In this document: piece after piece, positions 46,881 to 53,059 of the stretch
Numbering within the stretch: position 1 is the first letter of the stretch
How the letters are laid out: every line of letters begins with the position of its first letter
Source of the DNA: Candidatus Doudnabacteria bacterium
GTDB taxonomy: Bacteria > Patescibacteriota > Doudnabacteria > UBA920
Direction: 5' to 3'
Length of the DNA: 53,059 nt
Assembly (NCBI GenBank): GCA_903908535.1
Contig: CAIVSE010000033.1
Location: 1-53,059 of the forward strand
Notes under the pieces: generated by a model
Database searches by the model: none
Told to the model about the DNA's origin: nothing
What the model saw: the letters and a program-made list of their open reading frames with translations, nothing else
Program-made: the position numbers and the translations under genes

Positions 46881-47060
46881 TTTTCCCCTGCCATAGAGGG
46901 AGTCGGAACCATTTTTTAGGACCGTCAGTTGGCCCAAAAAGCCTGGTCTCCGACGATACGTCGGAGTTTTTGGGACAACTGTCGAGTGCAGTATTGGCGC
47001 TGGCCAATACAAACGTGTCCTGAAAAATGGGCCGGCGACGACTTTGGGGAAAATGAAACT
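46873..47060 (+). repeat. ~190-nt structured intergenic repeat, copy 6
   Basis: Same core with replaced hairpins ctccgacg/cgtcggag and gtattgg/ccaatac; overlaps the stop codons on both sides. Confidence 0.88.
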
Positions 47061-48336
47061 ATCTTAGCCTCCACTTAATCTGTTCCTCTACTAATAGTTT
47101 AGGCAAAGCGTACCTGAGCCGGCTAAGGTTAACCACCTGTTCGGTTGCGGCAGTGTGTTCTGTGGCCACGGGCGCCAGGCTGGTGCCGGAAAAAGCCTGG
47201 CTGGTCTGGCCGTCTATCATCAGTTTTAAGTAAAAATTGAACTTGTCCAAATTGGCCAAATCCCGGGCCTCAAACGGCTGGAATTCGCGTGCCAGCATTT
47301 CGGCGTCTTCCTGCCCGACCTGAAAAGCCAGCAGGGTACCGCAGTTGCCCAAAATGGCGGTCTGGATTTTTTTGGGCAGCTGGGCGAAATATTGGTTGGT
47401 CAAATGCACGCCCAGGCCGTATTTGCGGGATTCGGAAAGCATGCCGGCAAAAGTTTCGGTGGTTAAATTTTGGAACTCATCCACGTACAAATAAAACGGG
47501 TAGCGCTGTTTGGCGTCCACAGAGGCCCGTTTTAACACCGCGGCCTGCAGCTTGGAAATGACGATCAGTCCCAGCATAAAAGCGTTGAGCTCGCCGATTT
47601 TACCCTTGCTTAAATTGACCAAAAAAATTTTTTCACCGGTCAGTATATCATCAAAACTAAAACTGCCGCGGGTTTGGCCGATAATATTGCGGCAAAGTTC
47701 ATTGCCCAAAAAGTGGCCGAATTTGGAATTAAAGTAATTCAGCATTTCGCTGCGGTGGAAATCGGAAGTCCGGGACATTTGGCCGCCCCAAAATTCCCGC
47801 ACCAACGGGTCGGCCACATGCGAGCGTTTTTTAAGCTCAAAATTTTTATCCACAAACAGCTTGGGAATTTCCGCCAAACTCGCGCCGTGGGGATCCGCCA
47901 TCAAAGTTAGCGCCGCGTTGCGCAGCCAGTGCTCAAACTGCGGGCCAATAATGCCGGTGCGTTCGGGATCGAATAATTTGTAAAAAATTTCAATGAGTTC
48001 GCCGACCAAAAAATCCTGTTCGCCTTTGGTCTGGGCTTCCAGCAAATTCAGCCCCACCGGGAATTGGCCGTCCGCCGGGTTTAAGTAAACCACGTCCTCC
48101 AGGCGGGAAGCCGGAATGCGCGAAAGCAGCCATTCCACGCTTTCACCGTGCGGGTCCACAAAACACACGCCGCGGTGGTTTAATATGTCCTGCAAAGCCA
48201 TGTTGGCAAACAAAGTGGATTTACCCACGCCGGTTTTGCCTATCATATACATATGGCGCAGGCGGTCGGCATTGTTAAAAACAATGGGTGTGGATTTTCC
48301 TCTGTAAATATTATGGCCTAAGGTAATGGAATTCAT
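47059..48336 (-). CDS. TraD/VirD4/HerA-like ATPase (type IV coupling protein-like, no TM)
   Basis: RLRHMYMIGKTGVGKST, VDPHGE, LYVDEFQN and SESRKYGL..TNQYFAQL. Confidence 0.85.
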   Translation of the reverse strand: MNSITLGHNIYRGKSTPIVFNNADRLRHMYMIGKTGVGKSTLFANMALQDILNHRGVCFVDPHGESVEWLLSRIPASRLEDVVYLNPADGQFPVGLNLLEAQTKGEQDFLVGELIEIFYKLFDPERTGIIGPQFEHWLRNAALTLMADPHGASLAEIPKLFVDKNFELKKRSHVADPLVREFWGGQMSRTSDFHRSEMLNYFNSKFGHFLGNELCRNIIGQTRGSFSFDDILTGEKIFLVNLSKGKIGELNAFMLGLIVISKLQAAVLKRASVDAKQRYPFYLYVDEFQNLTTETFAGMLSESRKYGLGVHLTNQYFAQLPKKIQTAILGNCGTLLAFQVGQEDAEMLAREFQPFEARDLANLDKFNFYLKLMIDGQTSQAFSGTSLAPVATEHTAATEQVVNLSRLRYALPKLLVEEQIKWRLR

Positions 48337-48629
48337 AAAAATATTTGTTCAAAATATTGCGTGTCCAAAACATTGCTGTATTTGGAGCGGCTTGCCGCGA
48401 TGTTTTTATCCAGCCCCAAAAGATGTTCCAGTTCCTGTTTTTGCGCGTTAAGTTTTGCTTCCAGCATAAACAGCAGTTTTCGGCTGATGTTGGGCCTTAA
48501 ACTTTCCAGCATTTGGAATTCTAAACCCATAAGAGCGCCGACATCTTTGGGCGTCAATTTTAAATCCTCCGGCGGCTTGGGGCCCGTAGAGGGGAGGTAT
48601 TCGTTAGATTTTAACAATTCTGGCGGCAT
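48333..48629 (-). CDS. Hypothetical protein
   Basis: 98-aa ORF overlapping the next gene (ATGA). Confidence 0.65.
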   Translation of the reverse strand: MPPELLKSNEYLPSTGPKPPEDLKLTPKDVGALMGLEFQMLESLRPNISRKLLFMLEAKLNAQKQELEHLLGLDKNIAASRSKYSNVLDTQYFEQIFL

Positions 48630-48650
48630 ATAGTAAAGGTTTAATATTCT

Positions 48651-50315
48651 TTATTTCAGCAGCTGTTGCGCGATAAGGTTTTCGCACAGTTCTTCCACAA
48701 AGCGCTTGACCGGCCGGGCGCCAAAGCGCGGGTCGGCCAAAGTCCTGACTTTTTGCTCCAAAATTTCGCGCGTAATGGAAAATTTAATCTTGTGTTCCTC
48801 CACCCTGCGCTCAATTTTTTGAATCTCCAAAAGGGCGATGTCGGTAAGGGCGTCCACGGACAGGGGATTGTAAATTAAAATGCCGTCAAAGCGGTTTAAA
48901 AATTCCGCGCGGAAGCTGCCCCTTAAAATTGGCATAATTACCTCCCGCAAAAACAGGGGACCGGAAATATCAATATGGTTCTCGGCGTGTTTAATGATGT
49001 CGTCCACGGCCAGGTTGGAGGTGGCCATAAAAATAGCGTGCGTGGCGTCCATGGTATCGCCCTGGCCCGAGGTCAGCCGGCCGTCATCCAACAGCTGTAA
49101 AAAAATGTCAAAAATTTTGGGGTGGGCTTTTTCTATCTCATCCAGCAAAATTAAGGAATGGGGCGTATTTTTTAAGTGGTTGGTCAGCTGGCCGCCTTCG
49201 CTTGAGCCTACGTATCCGGGAGGCGAGCCAATAAGCCTGGCCACGGTGTGGGGTTCGGAGAATTCCGACATGTCTATCCTCAAAAAAGCCGAGGGCTTGC
49301 CGAACATTTGCCGGGCCAAAACTTTGGCGGTTTCGGTTTTGCCCACGCCGGACGGCCCCAGCAACAAAAATGAGCCTAAAGGGCGGCTTTGGTTTTTTAA
49401 TCCCAATTGGGCCCGCTGGATGACGGAAGTAATTTTTTTTAAAGCGCCCGATTGGCCGATGACGCCGGCTTCCAGGCTGGGCAAGAGATTTTTCAATTTC
49501 TGCCGCTGGCTTTGGGCCAGGCTGGCCACGGGGATGCCGGTTTTTTCCGCCACAATGGCGTTAATGGTTTCCGCTTCCAGTTCTGTGCCGGCAACGGGGT
49601 TGGTTTTAATGGCAGCCAGGACCTCATCCATCAATTGTCCGGCCGACCTTGGCAGCTGCCCCAGGCTGGGAAACTGGGCGCAATATTTTAAAATTTGTTC
49701 AATGGCCCGCGCTGAAATCTTTAAACCGGTTTTGCCGGTAAGTTCCGCGGCTAAGGATTTAATGATTTGTTTCAGTTCGGCTTCGGGTTGCGGTTCTAAA
49801 ATCAACGCGTCAAAACTCCGGAAAAAATTGGGCGCTTGGACCAGGCACCATTCCCAATCCTTGGTTTCCAAACCTAAAATAAGCTTGGTGGCAGGTTGCT
49901 CCAACAGGGGCTGCAGCAGCTGGGTGAAAATGTGCAGAGCCCCGGGCTGGTTCTGCGCCAGCCGGCCAAAGTCATCTATTATTATAATGCCGTTGTTAAT
50001 GGTGCCCAGCGCGTCTTTGTATTTGCCCAGCGGCGCCGAAGCTGAACCGGCGGCCTGTAAACTTGCCGGTGACAATTCAACTAGGGGCTGTTTTTGGAAA
50101 GGCGCCAAACCGGCAATGCCTCCGGCCCAAGCCCGGAGCAGGGCCGTTTTGCCAATGCCGCCCGGGCCAACCACAGCCGCGTTGTTCTGCTGCTGCCTGG
50201 CCGCGATGCGGGTTAAGCGCTGCAGTTCCTTTTGGCGGCCAAAAAATTCCGGCAGGCGTCCGGCCTGTTTTTCCAGCCTTAAATCGTAATATTGCAGTTT
50301 TGAGAAATCGGACAT
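48651..50315 (-). CDS. ClpA/ClpB-like double AAA+ ATPase lacking the N- and M-domains
   Basis: D1 GPGGIGKT; D2 GPSGVGKTETAK, RIDMSEF, GSPPGYVG, LDEIEKAHP, EFLNRFD and FGARP. Confidence 0.88.
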   Translation of the reverse strand: MSDFSKLQYYDLRLEKQAGRLPEFFGRQKELQRLTRIAARQQQNNAAVVGPGGIGKTALLRAWAGGIAGLAPFQKQPLVELSPASLQAAGSASAPLGKYKDALGTINNGIIIIDDFGRLAQNQPGALHIFTQLLQPLLEQPATKLILGLETKDWEWCLVQAPNFFRSFDALILEPQPEAELKQIIKSLAAELTGKTGLKISARAIEQILKYCAQFPSLGQLPRSAGQLMDEVLAAIKTNPVAGTELEAETINAIVAEKTGIPVASLAQSQRQKLKNLLPSLEAGVIGQSGALKKITSVIQRAQLGLKNQSRPLGSFLLLGPSGVGKTETAKVLARQMFGKPSAFLRIDMSEFSEPHTVARLIGSPPGYVGSSEGGQLTNHLKNTPHSLILLDEIEKAHPKIFDIFLQLLDDGRLTSGQGDTMDATHAIFMATSNLAVDDIIKHAENHIDISGPLFLREVIMPILRGSFRAEFLNRFDGILIYNPLSVDALTDIALLEIQKIERRVEEHKIKFSITREILEQKVRTLADPRFGARPVKRFVEELCENLIAQQLLK

Positions 50316-50321
50316 AGGTTA

Positions 50322-52595
50322 TTACGCGGTTATTTGCAGGGCTTGTCGCCTGCCGCCGGAACGGTTGTTCTGTTCATTTATAATTTGGTCTATGGGAATG
50401 GCGCGGCGGGTATTAATCTCGTTCATCCCCGGCCTAGGTATTTGGGCCTGCGTTTCCGCAGTTGAAATGTTTTGTTTTATGGGGACTGCCTTTGCCATTG
50501 CCGGCTGCTGGGGCGCCGTTTTTAGGTGCGTTGAGGATAGTAAAATAATTTGCTGCAATAGGTTGGGTTTGGCCGGTTTTGCAGCCTTTGCGGGGCGGCC
50601 CTCAAGGGGAGTTGGAATTGTGGCTCTGCGGGTCGGTTGCGATTTAAACCCTCCAACAGGGCCAACCTGCTTGTTAACCTGATGGTTGACCTGTGGGACA
50701 ATTTCTCTTTGCGGCGGAATTATTCTATGCAGGATTTCCAGGGTTGCACGGGGAGCGGTTAATGTTTTGTTTTCCCTAACAATAGGCTTGGTCTGGATAG
50801 GTTGCGCTGGTTGTGCCGGTTCCGCTATACCCCCTTGTTCCAGGAAATTATAAAAAGCTTCTTGCAGGTTTTTTGCGGGGAGCGGTTTTAAAACTCGTTC
50901 AGCTTGAATTCCCGCTGCCTTCTTCGGTTCGTCCTTTGTGATTATCTGCTCTTTAATATCAATTTTAAGCGTCGGAATTTCCGTTTCCAATTCATTAATA
51001 ACCGGGATTGTAATTTCAGGTTTGTCCAGTGGAAGTGCATTTTTGTATTTAGATTCAGTCTCTGGCGCTATTTTTAGAGCTGCTTTCCGGACTATTTGTT
51101 TAGATGCGTCTTGCCTGTGTTCCTGTTCCGGTTCGCTTTTAAGGTTATTTATATATTCCGACTCAATTTTTGTAATAATCTCCTGACCGGTCTCAATTTT
51201 AGGTGTAAAAATTTTGGTAGGAAATTCCGTTTTTTCCAAAGCCGGGATTGAGATTTCGCGTTTTTGAACTTGTGGTATTTCCCGACGGATGATTTGATCT
51301 TTTTGGGCTGGTTGTATCTCTAAGTCTGTAGACCTATCCTTAATTTTATTTTCAAAATTGTTTTTGGGTTCGGTAGCTTCTGTAATCGGTCCAGCCTTTT
51401 CCTTTACCGCAAGTTCTCCTTCAAAAACAATTTCCCTCACAAAGGTATTGTCCGCCAATTCCTTTATTAACTGTTTTGATTCCTGTGCGACAGTTATTTT
51501 TATTGCTTCCGGCTCTGCCGTATCCATATGAGCGTCATAAAGAGGTTCTTTAATAGGTTCTTTCGCGTAGGCCACGTCAGCCGCAGCAGGCTCCATAGCT
51601 AACCGGACTTCAGGGGCCTTCAAAATATGACCGCTAGTTTTGATTTCTTCGTTAACCGGCTCGTCCAAGATTAATTTAATACCAAAACTTTCCGCGACAT
51701 CTTGTTGGACAGCGCTGTGCTCAACTGCCGCCCGTTGTCCTAAGGTAGGTCCCAAATTATGGGTGGTCATTTTTTCATAGGTCTGGCCGGAGCCAGTTTT
51801 GGCGTCTGACGCTTCCCGTTCAAAAAATTCCTGGAAATTAAATTGTTCAGTCTTTGACGCAGAACTTATCTCCTCAATGATGGGCGAGTAAAAATTAAAT
51901 TCTTGTCGAGGGCGAAATTCCGTGGTTAATGGCACGGCTAGGTTTTCCACAGCATCAGCGACATTTTTTTCTCCAACGTCATATTTCCGCGCCGGTCCCA
52001 AAATTTCATCCAGGGAAATAACAATAGGTTCAGCGTCAGCGGGGGAGAGGCCCGGCGCGCCAACTTCATCCGCCGGCGGAATTTCGGATATGTTTTCCTG
52101 CCTGCCGGTTTCCTGAAATTTATAAATTTCGTAACTGATGCGCCCGTTCTCGTCGGCGAAATAAATATGCAGCTCCCTGGACAGTTCTCCCGGGGTGTGG
52201 CTTATAAAGCCACTGACCGCGTAGCCATAATTATAGAGTCCATCTAAAATTTGCAAATGAGAACTTTCTATGGAGCTGCCTTTTACTTGTTCGGTGTTAG
52301 AAACTTTTTCACCCTCTTCAGTTTCAAATAACCATTCTTTGCCGTCTTTTTTTAAAATATCGCCCCCCATTGACTGTGCTGTTTTTTCCCATTGCGAAAA
52401 GTCCAGTCCCAAGGAAATTTTAACTTCTTCTAAAGATCCATGCTGAAAATTATTTTCGCCTGTTAAGCCTTCGGCTAATTTGGCCGTGTGTCTTCCAAAA
52501 TCATCAGTTGCTGTTTCCGCGGGATTTACAATTTCAAAACCAGCTTCATCTTTATTCCCGTCTTCTTTTATTGTTAGTTGTTCGGTTTGCTGCAT
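50322..52595 (-). CDS. Large low-complexity (E/K/P/Q-rich) hypothetical protein
   Basis: 757-aa ORF, acidic N-terminal half and basic C-terminus; 6 nt from the Clp-like gene. Confidence 0.75.
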   Translation of the reverse strand: MQQTEQLTIKEDGNKDEAGFEIVNPAETATDDFGRHTAKLAEGLTGENNFQHGSLEEVKISLGLDFSQWEKTAQSMGGDILKKDGKEWLFETEEGEKVSNTEQVKGSSIESSHLQILDGLYNYGYAVSGFISHTPGELSRELHIYFADENGRISYEIYKFQETGRQENISEIPPADEVGAPGLSPADAEPIVISLDEILGPARKYDVGEKNVADAVENLAVPLTTEFRPRQEFNFYSPIIEEISSASKTEQFNFQEFFEREASDAKTGSGQTYEKMTTHNLGPTLGQRAAVEHSAVQQDVAESFGIKLILDEPVNEEIKTSGHILKAPEVRLAMEPAAADVAYAKEPIKEPLYDAHMDTAEPEAIKITVAQESKQLIKELADNTFVREIVFEGELAVKEKAGPITEATEPKNNFENKIKDRSTDLEIQPAQKDQIIRREIPQVQKREISIPALEKTEFPTKIFTPKIETGQEIITKIESEYINNLKSEPEQEHRQDASKQIVRKAALKIAPETESKYKNALPLDKPEITIPVINELETEIPTLKIDIKEQIITKDEPKKAAGIQAERVLKPLPAKNLQEAFYNFLEQGGIAEPAQPAQPIQTKPIVRENKTLTAPRATLEILHRIIPPQREIVPQVNHQVNKQVGPVGGFKSQPTRRATIPTPLEGRPAKAAKPAKPNLLQQIILLSSTHLKTAPQQPAMAKAVPIKQNISTAETQAQIPRPGMNEINTRRAIPIDQIINEQNNRSGGRRQALQITA

Positions 52596-53059
52596 ATGGA
52601 TGTTATCCGACTTGGCGTAAAGCTATGTCAGATTATTTTCTATAAATATAATAAAGTAAATAAAAATCCGCCCACGCAGGACGGAAAAAAATTCTTAAGA
52701 ATTCCTGCGCGGGAGAAAATAAACTTATTTAGTAATCCGGCTTAATCCGTCTTGGCGGATTTCACGGTTGCGGCACAGCGTTGGATTTTCATCCCCCTTC
52801 GTTAAGACTTCCGCCTACGTTAAAATTTCGGCGGACAAATCGGAGGACAATACCAAACTTCCCTAGACAAGTTTTCAAATTGTTAAAACTCTGTATCCAC
52901 ATATTAGCCCCGGCTGGGGACAATGTCAATAAAAAATTACTGTATTTTTACAAAAAAAGTTGTGGATAACTTAAAAAGACAAAAGACCGTTTAAAACTGT
53001 GGTTTGCCAATTTTAGCAAACTATGTTCCGGCAAGAAAAATAAAAAAGCTTGGCTGGAA

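Noticed and set aside
48880..50289. 469-aa plus-strand ORF
   Set aside because: Antisense shadow of the Clp-like ATPase gene, with no motifs.
1..53059. CRISPR array or cas genes
   Set aside because: No regularly spaced 25-45 bp repeats with unique spacers and no Cas-like ORF; the repeats found are dispersed or short tandem units.
52600..53059. Replication origin
   Set aside because: Only one perfect (52961-52969) and one near (52893-52901) DnaA box, and similar boxes occur at other promoters here. There is no dnaA or dnaN in view and the region is cut by the window edge.
1..53059. Alternative genetic code (UGA read as Gly)
   Set aside because: Conserved genes are uninterrupted in code 11, and several end at TGA at the expected position (htrA, tnpA).

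Overview
This 53 kb window is bacterial chromosome in the standard genetic code. Its gene content and intergenic style suggest a Patescibacteria/CPR genome (inference). Housekeeping genes include ppsA (5'-truncated), dnaG-rpoD, rarA, an HtrA protease, trxB, a partial riboflavin cluster, rpsF-ssb-rpsR-efp, ychF, trpS, rnj, secG, uvrC, a short Rel enzyme, mutM and bcp, plus tRNA-Ser(GGA), tRNA-Glu(TTC) and tRNA-Leu(CAG). Most notable: (1) six copies of a ~190-nt intergenic element whose stems covary while its loops and junctions stay conserved; (2) a 5.1-kb serine-recombinase element in the 3' end of tRNA-Leu, whose att core TGGTGC lies inside the integrase ORF so that excision would swap the integrase C-terminus; (3) a complete Trp-type attenuator with a leaderless WRW leader peptide upstream of an amino-acid racemase and trpS; (4) a RAYT-like transposase with its own palindromes, and other REP-like palindromes inserted in frame in core genes; (5) two small coiled-coil paralogs sharing a DnaA-box promoter and 5' leader; (6) a 113-bp structured direct repeat flanking rpsR. 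No CRISPR array or rRNA was seen. All calls come from manual motif reading, with no database searches.
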